A DNA stretch of 63,791 bases, the filler included. It is 15 parts of 15 records of this genome, joined end to end, with 100 filler letters (N's around TTAATTAATTAA, not from the genome) between each part and the next. Parts side by side here need not be neighbours in the genome. Positions count along the whole stretch, not along the records: positions 24,575 to 27,573 come from SRR11831586_2128; positions 27,674 to 36,783 come from SRR11831586_2143; positions 36,884 to 38,895 come from SRR11831586_2145; positions 38,996 to 46,222 come from SRR11831586_2146; 11 more parts are not named here. One strand, 5' to 3'. The translations under genes and the position numbers were made by a program. The stretch's first letter is position 1, and each line of letters starts with the position of its first letter. Of this stretch, positions 25,027-39,052 are shown in pieces. The notes under the pieces were generated by a model. That model ran no database searches, was not told the DNA's origin, and saw nothing but the letters and a program-made list of their open reading frames with translations.

Positions 25027-26787
25027 TTAACCGCGTAATTCGTGCGCCAGACGAAAACGACCTTCGTAATCGAACACTTTTTCACGCACCTGCCAGTACT
25101 GGCCTTTCATGCGGGCGACGACAAAATCCGGGTGTCGCAATAAGGCTTGCTGGGCGAGGATATCGGCGGCGGTGATCCAGCGCAGCGGGATGCCCGGTGT
25201 GCGCGTATGCGGGCGGATAAAAAGCTGCTCGAAGGCGGTACGCTGGGCAGGTGTTTGCAGACGGAAACGCTCACTCACATCCGCGCCGTCTTCATCGTAA
25301 TAGGTGATTTTCAACCATTCGCCTTTCTCGTCGTGCCCATGTTGCAAAGACATGCCGCTACAGCGTAATACCAGCGCGTCTTTCAGTCGTAGCGCCGCTT
25401 TTAACATATCGTCCGGATCAACCAGTACGGTGTCACATTCGCGGCAGCGGCGGGCGGCAATATCGTTTTCCGCGTTACATTGCGGGCAATTTTTAAAACG
25501 GAAACGGAAGTCACATTGTTCGCGATGACCGTCGTCATCTTCAAACCATCCCTGACAGCGACGACCAAAGTGTTCAATCAATGTCCCGTCGGCGGTCGTT
25601 TTCCCCCAAAAGGTGTTGGCAAAACCGCAGGCAGGGCAGAAAACCTGTACCGGAACGTTGTCACTTTTGCCTTTTGGTGTACCAACTTCCGGCGCGTAGA
25701 GATCGTGAGGATTACCCGCATAATCAAGAATTAAGCAATCAGTCTTGCCCGGAGCGAGACGCAGACCGCGCCCGACAATTTGTTGGTAAAGACTCACTGA
25801 TTCGGTAGGGCGCAGAATGGCGATAAGATCGACGTGCGGGGCGTCAAATCCGGTGGTCAGTACCGCGACGTTGACCAGATAGCGAAAACGCTGGGCTTTA
25901 AAATTTTCAATTAACACATCGCGCTCAGCGCCGGGGGTGTCGCCAGTAATCAGTGCTGCATCTTCGGCAGGCAGTAATCCCACAATCTCTTTTGCGTGTT
26001 CAACCGTCGCGGCAAAAATCATCACCCCTTTGCGCGTTGCAGCAAACTCCATAATCTGGCTGATGATGTGCGGGGTAATACGTTGTTGTTTTTTCAGCTC
26101 ACGGTTGAGATCGGCTTCGCTGAACAGCCCGTTACTCTGTGCCTGCAAGCGGCTGAAATCGTATTGCACTACTGGCATATCCAGTCGTTCTGGCGGCGTC
26201 AGATAGCCGTGTTTAATCATATAACGCAGCGGCAGCTCATAAATGCAGTCACGGAAAAGGGCTTTCTCATCGCCGCGTACCATGCCGTGATAATGAAACT
26301 GGTAGATCCAGCCTTTGCCCAATCGAAAAGGCGTGGCAGTCAGCCCCAGCAGGCGTAAGTGGGGATTCACTTTTGTCAGGTGAGTGAGGATTTGCTGATA
26401 CTGGCTCTCTTCATCGTCACCAATACGGTGACATTCATCGACAATCAACAGCGAAAATTCACCCTGAAAGGCATCAAGATTACGGGCGACAGACTGCACG
26501 CTGCCAAATACCACTTTACCGTGGCTCTCTTTGCGCTTTAGCCCGGCGGCAAAAATATCGGCTTCCAGCCCCAGCGCCTGATACTTTGCATGGTTTTGCG
26601 CCACCAGTTCTTTAACGTGTGCCAGCACCAGCACGCGACCACGAGCCAGCCGTGCCAGTTCCGCTATCACCAGGCTTTTACCTGCGCCGGTGGGCAGCAC
26701 GATAACGGCAGGGGTTTTATGACGACGAAAATGGTTGAGCGTGGCATCCACGGCTTCTTGCTGATATGGGCGAAGTGTAAAAATCAT
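25027..26787 (-). CDS. radD: DNA repair helicase RadD (YejH)
   Basis: [19 protein letters not shown], zinc-finger cysteines; 586 aa. Confidence 0.97.
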
Positions 26788-26935
26788 GGTCTCGCGTAGG
26801 TAGATTATTCTGCTAATAGTATGCCATGGATCTTTTTCCCTTGAGGGATGTTATTAGACCGCTATACTGGGCAGACAACAGTTCAGATTTTCGGGTCAAT
26901 GCCCGACCTCCGTTTTTACAGGCAAAATCACACAC

Positions 26936-27573
26936 ATGCGACTTGATAAATTTATCGCACAGCAACTCGGCGTTAGCCGTGCTATTGCCGGGCGTGAAAT
27001 CCGCGGCAATCGTGTCACCGTCGATGGCGAAATCGTCCGTAATGCAGCGTTCAAACTGCTTCCTGAACATGATGTCGCTTACGATGGCAACCCGCTGGCG
27101 CAGCAACACGGTCCACGTTACTTCATGCTCAATAAGCCTCAGGGCTATGTTTGCTCCACGGACGACCCTGATCACCCAACGGTGCTCTATTTTCTTGATG
27201 AACCGGTAGCGTGGAAACTGCATGCGGCGGGGCGGTTGGATATTGATACCACCGGTCTGGTGCTGATGACTGATGATGGTCAGTGGTCGCACCGCATTAC
27301 TTCTCCGCGCCATCATTGCGAGAAGACCTATCTGGTGACACTGGAATCACCTGTAGCTGACGATACGGCAGAGCAATTTGCTAAAGGCGTGCAGCTGCAT
27401 AACGAAAAAGATCTCACTAAGCCTGCGGTGCTGGAAGTGATTACCCCAACGCAGGTTCGTCTGACCATCAGCGAAGGGCGTTATCATCAGGTGAAACGCA
27501 TGTTCGCCGCCGTGGGTAACCACGTGGTTGAGCTGCATCGTGAACGTATTGGCGGTATTACGCTGGATGCTGA
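26936..27573 (+). CDS. rsuA: 16S rRNA pseudouridine516 synthase (3'-truncated)
   Basis: S4 domain [16 protein letters not shown]. Confidence 0.97.
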
Positions 27574-27673
27574 NNNNNNNNNNNNNNNNNNNNNNNNNNN
27601 NNNNNNNNNNNNNNNNNTTAATTAATTAANNNNNNNNNNNNNNNNNNNNNNNNNNNNNNNNNNNNNNNNNNNN

Positions 27674-27874
27674 TTTACCGGTCTGCGGGTTGCGGCCAGT
27701 ACGCTCAGCGCGGTGGTTCACTTTGAAGGTACCGAAACCAACCAGTTGTACAGCATCGCCTTCTTTCAGAGACTCAGTAATTGCAGCCAGAGTGGACTCC
27801 AGAGCAGCTTTAGCCTGGGTTTTGGACAGTTCTGCTTTCTCTGCAATTACATCAATCAGTTGAGTCTTGTTCAT
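27674..27874 (-). CDS. hupA: HU-alpha (3'-truncated)
   Basis: [18 protein letters not shown]...GRNPQTG. Confidence 0.98.
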
Positions 27875-28060
27875 AAGTTATCCTTACAATGTGTTTATCG
27901 CTTGCTAAGCATCGAGTGCGACGGAAATGCCAGAATAGCACTCTCCTGCATACACGCACCGATAGCCACTTTTTTTCGCCCCCCAAATGTAGACCAGACG
28001 GGGGGCGAAAGGGAAGACTCCAGGTACGACAAATCAGGCGTTAAATCACGTTTTCTGGTC

Positions 28061-28651
28061 TTATTGCTGAAAAATTATACCAATATTGCTCTCACCCGCC
28101 TCACGCAGGTCTGCCCTAAGGCCTTTTATCAGCTCGATATCGCGTTCTTCGCACTCAGCTAAAAGTCGGAATATTTCCCACTGAATGTCCCATTCTTGCT
28201 CTACAGCTGGGTTTTCTTTAAGCTCTTCATCGCTCATTTCGCGACCAGCCTGAGTCATTTCCAGCATCGCAACGGTCGTGATGGAGGTCTTACTCACTTC
28301 CACCGCGTGTTCGAGCGTTTCACCACTCAAACGCGAATGGACCAGTTCACTTAACGCCACGCAGGCATCGATTGCCGGATAAACGCCGTACAGATCGAAA
28401 TCGTCGGCTGAAGGAATCGCTTCTTCAAATTTCTCCAGTTGGCTGTCGAAATTTACTTTTGCGTCTTTAACGGTCAGCGTTTCCCAGATGAGATCGAGAA
28501 TGCGACGGTAAATTTGCCCATCACCAAAACCGGTTTGCTGGCAGAACATGGCGTAATTGGGGTACATGCGTTCGCATAAGCAAGCCATGAAAGTGACATG
28601 CTGCCAGCTTTCCAGGCGCTCCAGACGCAGATGAATTGGGTTTTGTAACAT
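28061..28651 (-). CDS. yjaG: DUF416 protein YjaG
   Basis: MLQNPIHLRLERLESWQH, 196 aa; synteny. Confidence 0.93.
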   Translation of the reverse strand: MLQNPIHLRLERLESWQHVTFMACLCERMYPNYAMFCQQTGFGDGQIYRRILDLIWETLTVKDAKVNFDSQLEKFEEAIPSADDFDLYGVYPAIDACVALSELVHSRLSGETLEHAVEVSKTSITTVAMLEMTQAGREMSDEELKENPAVEQEWDIQWEIFRLLAECEERDIELIKGLRADLREAGESNIGIIFQQ

Positions 28652-28693
28652 GTTGAGTTCTCAAATACGGAAATTATCCGCAGTTTACCTGAA

Positions 28694-29365
28694 TTAGGGC
28701 TGATTTGCTGTATAGCGCACGAACGCCGGACGTTCCGAGGCCACCGCGTCCGCCCAGCGCGTTGGCTCCGGCAGACGATAGCCTTTCATGCAGCGTTGTA
28801 CCCACGCCAGCGCGCTGTCCACGCTGACCCGATGGCCGGTAGCGATAAACAACGGGTTACAGCGCGCTTTGCTGCGCCAGACCCAGGCCAGCTGCTCGCC
28901 TTTATCCATCAGTGGGGCCAGCGCGCCCGGTTCGCTGGAGAGCGGTTCGAATTTACCGCAGAGCCGTTTTTTCGCCACGCCAATGGTCGGCACATCCACC
29001 AATAAGCCAAAATGGCTGGCGACGCCAAGACGGCGAGGATGCGAGATCCCATGACCATCGACAAACACTAAATCCGGCTTTTGCGACAGCATCTCCCACG
29101 CTGCCAGCAGCGCAGGATATTCGCGGAAGGAAAGAAAACCTGGAATGTAAGGCATGGTGGTGGCGATGCGGGCAACTTTATACTCGACCAGCTCAAGCGA
29201 GGGATATTTCAGCAGCACCATCGCCGCTCGCGTCACTTCTCCGCCCTGCTCAAACCCGACATCGGCTCCGGCGATCAGATCCGGTGGATCTTTATCGAGT
29301 CGATCCTCGCGGATCACAGAAGAAGCCAGTTCGATTTGTTGAGCGCGTAATGACGCGAGATCCAT
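28694..29365 (-). CDS. nfi: Endonuclease V
   Basis: [10 protein letters not shown] and [10 protein letters not shown] motifs. Confidence 0.97.
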
Positions 29366-29374
29366 AATCACTCC

Positions 29375-30439
29375 TTAGCGGTGATACTGTTCAGACAGTC
29401 GATGCACTGCCTCCACGAACACGCCAGCATGTTCTGGCGGCACATCCTGATGAATGCCGTGACCAAGGTTAAAGACATGACCTTCGCCGTGACCGAAACC
29501 TGCAAGTATAGTCGCTACTTCTTCTTCAATGCGGGCAGGCGGCGCGTACAGCATCGACGGATCCATATTACCCTGCAACGCGACTTTATTGCCCACACGG
29601 CGGCGCGCATCGGCGATGTCCGTTGTCCAGTCGAGGCCCAGCGCATCGCAACCGGTTTCTGCCATGGCTTCCAGCCACTGTCCGCCGCCTTTGGTAAACA
29701 GCGTGACCGGTACGCGGCGACCGTCGTTTTCACGCAGTAAACCATCAACAATTTTATGCATGTAATAGAGCGAGAACTGTTGATAATCGCGCCCGGTAAG
29801 CACGCCGCCCCAGGTGTCGAAAATCATCACTGCCTGAGCACCGGCTTTAATCTGCGCATTCAGATACAAAGTGACGCTTTTCGCCAGTTTATCGAGCAGA
29901 GCGTGCAGCGCCTGCGGATCGGCATACATCATTTTTTTGATCACGGTGAAGGCTTTGCTGCTGCCGCCTTCCACCATGTAGGTCGCCAGCGTCCACGGGC
30001 TGCCGGAAAAACCAATCAGCGGCACTTCGCCTTTCAGTTCGCGACGAATGGTACGCACCGCGTTCATCACGTAACCCAGTTCATCTTCCGGGTCCGGAAT
30101 TGGCAGTTTATCGACGTCAGCTTTGCAGGTGACTGGCGAGGTAAAACGCGGACCTTCTCCGGCTTCAAAATAGAGCCCTAACCCCATCGCGTCCGGCACG
30201 GTGAGGATATCGGAAAAGAGGATCGCCGCATCCAGCGGGTAGCGACGCAGCGGTTGCAAAGTCACTTCGCACGCCAGCTCGGCGTTTTTGCACAGCGACA
30301 TAAAATCGCCTGCCTGGGCGCGCGTGGCTTTATATTCCGGTAGATAGCGACCCGCCTGGCGCATCATCCATACTGGAGTGACATCAACGGGCTGGCGCAG
30401 CAGCGCCCGCAGATAACGATCGTTTTTAAGTTCGGTCAT
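29375..30439 (-). CDS. hemE: Uroporphyrinogen decarboxylase
   Basis: [21 protein letters not shown]. Confidence 0.99.
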   Translation of the reverse strand: MTELKNDRYLRALLRQPVDVTPVWMMRQAGRYLPEYKATRAQAGDFMSLCKNAELACEVTLQPLRRYPLDAAILFSDILTVPDAMGLGLYFEAGEGPRFTSPVTCKADVDKLPIPDPEDELGYVMNAVRTIRRELKGEVPLIGFSGSPWTLATYMVEGGSSKAFTVIKKMMYADPQALHALLDKLAKSVTLYLNAQIKAGAQAVMIFDTWGGVLTGRDYQQFSLYYMHKIVDGLLRENDGRRVPVTLFTKGGGQWLEAMAETGCDALGLDWTTDIADARRRVGNKVALQGNMDPSMLYAPPARIEEEVATILAGFGHGEGHVFNLGHGIHQDVPPEHAGVFVEAVHRLSEQYHR

Positions 30440-30478
30440 TTTGGCTGTTCCTTAGTGCGTCAGGCGGTCAGTGTATCA

Positions 30479-31252
30479 TCACTCATACTCTGCCCGACAC
30501 ATCGCCACCGTATCTTCTATCAGACGGCGCGCTACGGTGCCGGGCGGCGGGAGTAACGGCAAATCGTCATAGCGATACCAGTTCGCCTCGAGCAATTCTT
30601 TCGGGTCGATCACGATGTCGCCGCTGTCATATTCCGCCATAAACGCGGTCATTAAAGACTGAGGAAACGGCCACGGCTGAGAAGTCACGTAACGCAAGTT
30701 TTTAACTTTAATTCCGCTCTCTTCCATCACTTCCCGCGCGACTGCCTGCTCGAGGGTTTCGCCCACTTCGACGAATCCGGCAAGTACTGTATGGACACCG
30801 TTACGATGGCGGGTATGCTGGGCGAGGAGGATCGAATCATCGCGACGGATGGCAACAATAATGCAGGGGGCGATTTGCGGGTAGTAACGCTCACGGCAAT
30901 GGCTGCACAGCATCGCCCATTCGGTTTTGCTCGGATACATTTCATGCCCGCAGTAACCACAGTATTTATGCGATCGGTAAAACTCCGCCAGTTGTACGCC
31001 TCGTCCGGCCAGTTGAAACAGCCCAACATCGAGATCAATGACCTGACGTACCGACCCCATATCGTGACGCCGCTGCTGTTGTACTAACCAAACAGGTTCC
31101 CCCTGCCATTCGCCGATTTGTAGTGCGCGCTGACCCACAAGATCGAAATTTGCCGCTTCGCCATATGGCAATTCTCCCTTCGGCAACCATAATTTTTGTT
31201 CATGGCTGACGACCCACCAGCCGTGATCTAATTTTTCAATTATACGATCCAT
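30479..31252 (-). CDS. nudC: NADH pyrophosphatase / NAD-RNA decapping enzyme
   Basis: Nudix box [29 protein letters not shown]. Confidence 0.98.
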
Positions 31253-31346
31253 AGCTCTTGCACTACCTTTGCATCACTGGCATGTTTAACATGGTTTTTA
31301 CATTTCTCACTGAGCAGTTTTTGAATACAAACTTGCGGAGTCAATC

Positions 31347-31823
31347 ATGCTTAACCAGCTCGATAACCTGACGGAGCGCGTCAGAGGAAGTAACAAACTG
31401 GTTGATCGCTGGCTACATGTACGTAAGCATCTGCTCGTGGCTTACTACAATCTGGTTGGCATTAAGCCTGGCAAAGAATCGTACATGAGGCTAAACGAAA
31501 AAGCCCTTGATGATTTTTGTCAGAGCCTGGTCGATTACTTGTCTGCCGGACATTTCAGTATTTATGAGCGCATTCTTCATAAGCTGGAAGGCAACGGGCA
31601 ACTCGCGCGCGCCGCGAAGATTTGGCCGCAACTCGAAGCCAATACTCAACAGATTATGGATTACTACGATTCCAGTCTGGAAACCGCCATCGATCATGAT
31701 AATTACCTTGAGTTTCAACAGGTTTTATCTGACATCGGCGAGGCGCTGGAAGCGCGCTTTGTGCTGGAAGATAAGCTGATTCTGCTGGTGCTTGACGCCG
31801 CCCGCGTCAAACATCCTGCTTGA
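31347..31823 (+). CDS. rsd: Regulator of sigma70 Rsd
   Basis: LVDYLSAGHFSIY, 158 aa. Confidence 0.97.
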   Translation: MLNQLDNLTERVRGSNKLVDRWLHVRKHLLVAYYNLVGIKPGKESYMRLNEKALDDFCQSLVDYLSAGHFSIYERILHKLEGNGQLARAAKIWPQLEANTQQIMDYYDSSLETAIDHDNYLEFQQVLSDIGEALEARFVLEDKLILLVLDAARVKHPA

Positions 31824-31874
31824 GTTCTGCGCTGTTAACGCGTAATTTACATTCAATGCCCCATTTGCGGGGCT

Positions 31875-31967
31875 AATTTCTTGTCGGAGTGCCTTAACTG
31901 GCTGAGACCGTTTATTCGGGATCCGCGGAACCTGATCAGGCTAATACCTGCGAAGGGAACAAGAGTT
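31875..31967 (+). promoter_or_regulatory. TPP riboswitch (thiC leader)
   Basis: GGAGTGCC...GGCTGAGA...CCTGATCAGGCTAATACCTGCGAAGGGAA conserved aptamer core. Confidence 0.95.
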
Positions 31968-32052
31968 AATCTGCTATCGCATCGCCCCTGCGGCGATCGT
32001 CTCTTGCTTCATCCGTCGTCTGACAAGCCACGTCCTTAACTTTTTGGAATGA

Positions 32053-33950
<1,898 letters not shown>

Positions 33951-33951
<1 letters not shown>

Positions 33952-34586
33952 TGTATCAGCCTGATTTTCCTCCTGTACCTTTTCGTTCAGGACTGTACCC
34001 GGTGGTGGACAGCGTACAGTGGATCGAACGTCTGTTGGATGCAGGCGTACGTACTCTCCAGCTACGCATCAAAGATCGGCGCGATGAAGAGGTGGAAGCC
34101 GATGTCGTGGCGGCAATTGCGCTGGGCCGCCGCTATAACGCGCGATTGTTTATCAACGATTACTGGCGGCTGGCGATCAAGCATCAGGCGTATGGCGTCC
34201 ATTTGGGGCAGGAAGATTTGCAAGCCACCGATCTCAATGCCATCCGCGCGGCAGGCCTGCGGCTGGGCGTTTCGACACATGACGATATGGAAATCGACGT
34301 CGCGCTGGCAGCACGCCCCTCTTATATCGCGCTGAGACATGTGTTCCCGACGCAAACCAAACAGATGCCTTCTGCACCGCAGGGGCTGGAACAGCTGGCA
34401 CGGCATGTTGAGCGACTGGCGGATTATCCCACCGTGGCGATTGGCGGCATCAGTCTGGCACGCGCGCCTGCGGTGATAGCAACGGGTGTCGGCAGTATCG
34501 CCGTCGTCAGCGCCATTACTCAAGCCGCAGACTGGCGTTTGGCAACGGCACAGTTGCTGGAAATTGCAGGAGTTGGCGATGAATGA
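33951..34586 (+). CDS. thiE: Thiamine-phosphate synthase (G129R variant)
   Basis: [24 protein letters not shown] motifs. Confidence 0.97.
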
Positions 34587-35334
34587 CCGTGACTTTATGC
34601 GTTATAGCCGCCAAATCCTGCTCGACGATATCGCTCTGGACGGGCAGCAAAAACTGCTCGACAGCCAGGTGCTGATTATCGGTCTGGGCGGGCTGGGTAC
34701 ACCTGCTGCGCTGTACCTGGCGGGCGCTGGCGTCGGGACGCTGGTACTGGCAGATGACGACGATGTGCATTTAAGCAATCTGCAACGACAAATCCTCTTT
34801 ACCACTGAAGATATCGATCGCCCGAAATCGCAGGTCAGCCAACAGCGACTGACACAGTTGAATCCCGACATTCAACTGACAGCATTACAACAACGGTTAA
34901 CGGGTGAGGCGTTAAAAGATGCGGTTGCACGGGCCGATGTGGTGCTCGACTGTACCGACAATATGGCGACTCGCCAGAAGATTAATGCCGCCTGCGTGGC
35001 ACTCAACACGCCGCTTATCACCGCCAGCGCGGTCGGATTTGGCGGTCAGTTGATGGTACTGACGCCGCCCTGGGAGCAGGGGTGTTACCGCTGCCTGTGG
35101 CCAGATAACCAGGAGCCAGAACGCAACTGCCGCACGGCGGGCGTGGTTGGCCCGGTGGTCGGGGTTATGGGCACTTTGCAGGCACTGGAAGCCATTAAGT
35201 TATTAAGCGGTATAGAGACACCTGCGGGAGAACTCCGACTGTTCGACGGTAAATCGAGCCAGTGGCGCAGCCTGGCGTTGCGCCGCGCCAGTGGTTGCCC
35301 GGTATGCGGAGGAAGCAATGCAGATCCTGTTTAA
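34579..35334 (+). CDS. thiF: ThiS adenylyltransferase
   Basis: RYSRQ, GLGGLG, SNLQRQ, CYRC/CPVC. Confidence 0.97.
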   Translation: MNDRDFMRYSRQILLDDIALDGQQKLLDSQVLIIGLGGLGTPAALYLAGAGVGTLVLADDDDVHLSNLQRQILFTTEDIDRPKSQVSQQRLTQLNPDIQLTALQQRLTGEALKDAVARADVVLDCTDNMATRQKINAACVALNTPLITASAVGFGGQLMVLTPPWEQGCYRCLWPDNQEPERNCRTAGVVGPVVGVMGTLQALEAIKLLSGIETPAGELRLFDGKSSQWRSLALRRASGCPVCGGSNADPV

Positions 35335-35518
35335 CGATCAAGCGATGCAGTGCGCCGCCGGGCAAACTGTTCACGAACTACTGGAGCAACTCGACCAACG
35401 ACAAGCGGGCGCGGCTCTGGCGATTAATCAGCAAATCGTCCCGCGTGAGCAGTGGGCGCAACATATCGTGCAGGATGGCGACCAGATCCTGCTTTTTCAG
35501 GTTATTGCAGGGGGTTGA
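35318..35518 (+). CDS. thiS: Sulfur carrier ThiS
   Basis: 66 aa from MQILFND with C-terminal GG. Confidence 0.97.
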
Positions 35519-35519
35519 A

Positions 35520-36290
35520 ATGTTACGTATTGCGGACAAAACGTTTGATTCACATCTGTTTACCGGCACAGGGAAATTCGCTTCTTCACAACTGATGGTG
35601 GAGGCGATCCGCGCTTCCGGCAGCCAGCTGGTGACACTGGCGATGAAACGTGTCGACTTGCGCCAGCACAACGACGCTATCCTCGAACCGCTTATCGCGG
35701 CGGGTGTGACCCTGCTGCCAAATACATCCGGGGCGAAAACAGCGGAAGAAGCCATTTTCGCCGCCCATCTGGCTCGTGAAGCGTTAGGCACAAACTGGTT
35801 AAAATTAGAGATTCACCCTGACGCCCGCTGGCTGTTGCCCGATCCCATCGAAACCCTGAAAGCCGCCGAAACGCTGGTACAACAGGGATTTGTCGTGCTG
35901 CCTTACTGCGGGGCCGATCCGGTATTGTGTAAACGTCTGGAAGAAGTCGGCTGTGCAGCGGTGATGCCGCTCGGCGCGCCGATTGGCTCGAATCAGGGAC
36001 TGGAAACCCGCGCCATGCTGGAGATTATTATCCAGCAGGCCACAGTGCCGGTGGTTGTCGATGCTGGCATCGGCGTTCCCAGCCATGCCGCGCAGGCGCT
36101 GGAAATGGGGGCCGACGCGGTGTTAGTGAATACGGCGATTGCCGTCGCGGACGATCCCGTCAACATGGCGAAGGCATTTCGTCTGGCGGTAGAAGCAGGC
36201 CTACTGGCACGTCAGTCCGGACCGGGCAGCCGCAGTTATTTTGCTCATGCCACCAGCCCGCTGACCGGATTTCTGGAGGCATCGGCATGA
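35520..36290 (+). CDS. thiG: Thiazole synthase
   Basis: [22 protein letters not shown]. Confidence 0.97.
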   Translation: MLRIADKTFDSHLFTGTGKFASSQLMVEAIRASGSQLVTLAMKRVDLRQHNDAILEPLIAAGVTLLPNTSGAKTAEEAIFAAHLAREALGTNWLKLEIHPDARWLLPDPIETLKAAETLVQQGFVVLPYCGADPVLCKRLEEVGCAAVMPLGAPIGSNQGLETRAMLEIIIQQATVPVVVDAGIGVPSHAAQALEMGADAVLVNTAIAVADDPVNMAKAFRLAVEAGLLARQSGPGSRSYFAHATSPLTGFLEASA

Positions 36291-36783
36291 AAACCTTCAG
36301 CGATCGCTGGCGACAACTGGACTGGGACGACATCCGCCTGCGTATCAACGGCAAAACGGCTGCTGACGTAGAGCGGGCGCTAAATGCCTCGCAACTCACC
36401 CGCGACGACATGATGGCGCTGTTATCGCCTGCCGCCAGTGGCTATCTGGAACAACTGGCCCAACGGGCGCAGCGTCTGACCCGTCAGCGATTTGGCAACA
36501 CAGTTAGTTTCTACGTCCCGCTTTATCTTTCCAATCTTTGCGCTAACGACTGCACGTACTGTGGATTTTCCATGAGTAATCGCATCAAGCGCAAAACGCT
36601 GGATGAAGCGGATATTGCCAGGGAAAGTGCCGCTATACGGGAGATGGGCTTTGAACATCTGCTGTTAGTCACTGGTGAACATCAGGCGAAAGTGGGGATG
36701 GATTACTTTCGTCGTCATCTCCCTGCCCTTCGTGAACAGTTCTCTTCACTACAGATGGAAGTGCAACCGCTGGCGGAGACGGA
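36287..36783 (+). CDS. thiH: 2-iminoacetate synthase (3'-truncated)
   Basis: Radical SAM motif CANDCTYC. Confidence 0.97.
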
Positions 36784-36883
36784 NNNNNNNNNNNNNNNNN
36801 NNNNNNNNNNNNNNNNNNNNNNNNNNNTTAATTAATTAANNNNNNNNNNNNNNNNNNNNNNNNNNNNNNNNNNNNNNNNNNNN

Positions 36884-37503
36884 GCTCTACGGAACATCGC
36901 TGTTCAATTATCGATTTAGCCAGTTATACCTTATATGGCTATATCTCAATGGCAACGTTTTATCTGGTTAGCCAGTGGCTGGCACAGTACGGACAATTTG
37001 TTGCAGGCATGTCATACACTATGTCGATCAAACTACTCAGTATCTACACCGTGGGTTCGCTGCTTTGTGTATTTATTACCGCTCCACTCATTCGTAATAC
37101 CGTTCGCCCAACAACATTACTGATGCTGTACACCTTTATCTCATTTATTGCTCTGTTTACCGTCTGCCTGCATCCCACATTTTATGTGGTGATAATATTT
37201 GCTTTTGTCATTGGTTTTACCTCTGCTGGAGGTGTTGTGCAAATTGGCCTGACGTTAATGGCTGAACGTTTCCCTTACGCTAAAGGTAAAGCTACAGGGA
37301 TCTATTACAGTGCGGGCAGTATTGCGACCTTTACTATTCCGTTGATTACGGCTCATCTGTCCCAAAGAAGTATTGCCGATATTATGTGGTTCGATACCGC
37401 CATCGCTGCCATCGGTTTTTTACTGGCACTGTTTATCGGCTTACGCAGCCGCAAAAAAACGCGGCATCACTCGCTAAAGGAAAATGTCGCTCCGGGTGGG
37501 TAA
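36884..37503 (+). CDS. ydiM: MFS transporter YdiM (5'-truncated)
   Basis: Frame open from the contig edge (TEHRCSIIDLASY...); paralogous to ydiN. Confidence 0.88.
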
Positions 37504-37729
37504 TGCAATATTCTTTTCAGGTCATGCAAGATCTTACGGATAAATAACTCTTTCTGCGCTAACTAAGGAAAATCGCGATCAAAAACAAACTATGACATGC
37601 AATATTCCTGGAAACATAAACTTTATGCCATGTACCCAGGGAAAATCATCTTCAGTATAGTAATTATGTAAACCGTCGGAGAACAATACGTACGGTAACG
37701 AAATTATCTTTCAGCAAGGAGCTGTGAAA

Positions 37730-38895
37730 ATGTCTCAAAATAAGGCTTTCAGCACGCCATTTATCCTGGCTGTTCTTTGTATTTACTTCAGCTACTTCCT
37801 GCACGGCATTAGTGTTATTACGCTTGCCCAAAATATGTCATCTCTGGCGGAAAAGTTTTCCACTGACAACGCGGGCATTGCCTACTTAATTTCCGGTATC
37901 GGTTTGGGGCGATTGATCAGTATTTTATTCTTCGGTGTGATCTCCGATAAGTTTGGTCGTCGGGCGGTGATATTAATGGCAGTAATAATGTATCTGCTAT
38001 TCTTCTTTGGTATTCCCGCTTGCCCGAATTTAACTCTCGCCTACGGTCTGGCAGTGTGCGTAGGTATCGCTAACTCAGCGCTGGATACGGGTGGCTACCC
38101 CGCGCTCATGGAATGCTTTCCGAAAGCCTCTGGTTCGGCGGTCATACTGGTTAAAGCGATGGTGTCATTTGGGCAAATGTTCTACCCAATGCTGGTGAGC
38201 TATATGTTGCTCAATAATATCTGGTACGGCTATGGGCTGATTATTCCGGGTATTCTATTTGTACTGATCACGCTGATGCTGTTGAAAAGCAAATTCCCCA
38301 GCCAGTTGGTGGACGCCAGCGTAACTAATGAATTACCGCAAATGAACAGCAAACCGTTAGTCTGGCTGGAAGGTGTTTCATCGGTACTGTTCGGTGTAGC
38401 CGCATTCTCGACCTTTTATGTGATTGTGGTGTGGATGCCCAAATATGCGATGGCTTTTGCTGGTATGTCAGAAGCTGAGGCATTAAAAACCATCTCTTAT
38501 TACAGTATGGGCTCGTTGGTCTGTGTCTTTATTTTTGCCGCACTACTGAAAAAAATGGTCCGGCCCATCTGGGCTAATGTATTTAACTCTGCACTGGCAA
38601 CAATAACAGCAGCCATTATCTACCTGTACCCTTCTCCACTGGTGTGCAATGCCGGAGCCTTTGTTATCGGTTTCTCAGCAGCTGGCGGCATTTTACAGCT
38701 CGGCGTTTCGGTCATGTCAGAGTTTTTTCCCAAAAGCAAAGCCAAAGTCACCAGTATTTATATGATGATGGGTGGACTGGCTAACTTTGTTATTCCACTG
38801 ATTACCGGTTATCTGTCGAACATCGGCCTGCAATATATCATTGTTCTCGATTTTACTTTCGCGCTGCTGGCCCTGATTACCGCAATTATTGTTTT
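37730..38895 (+). CDS. ydiN: MFS transporter YdiN (3'-truncated)
   Basis: MSQNKAFST; MFS motif GVISDKFGRR. Confidence 0.9.
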
Positions 38896-38995
38896 NNNNN
38901 NNNNNNNNNNNNNNNNNNNNNNNNNNNNNNNNNNNNNNNTTAATTAATTAANNNNNNNNNNNNNNNNNNNNNNNNNNNNNNNNNNNNNNNNNNNN

Positions 38996-39048
38996 GGCGT
39001 ACCCACGGCACGCTGGACGTGAACAACTTGACCGCGCTGAAGGGATAA
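38996..39048 (+). CDS. hyfE: Hydrogenase-4 subunit E (last codons)
   Basis: [16 protein letters not shown] immediately before hyfF. Confidence 0.8.
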
Positions 39049-39052
39049 TGAG

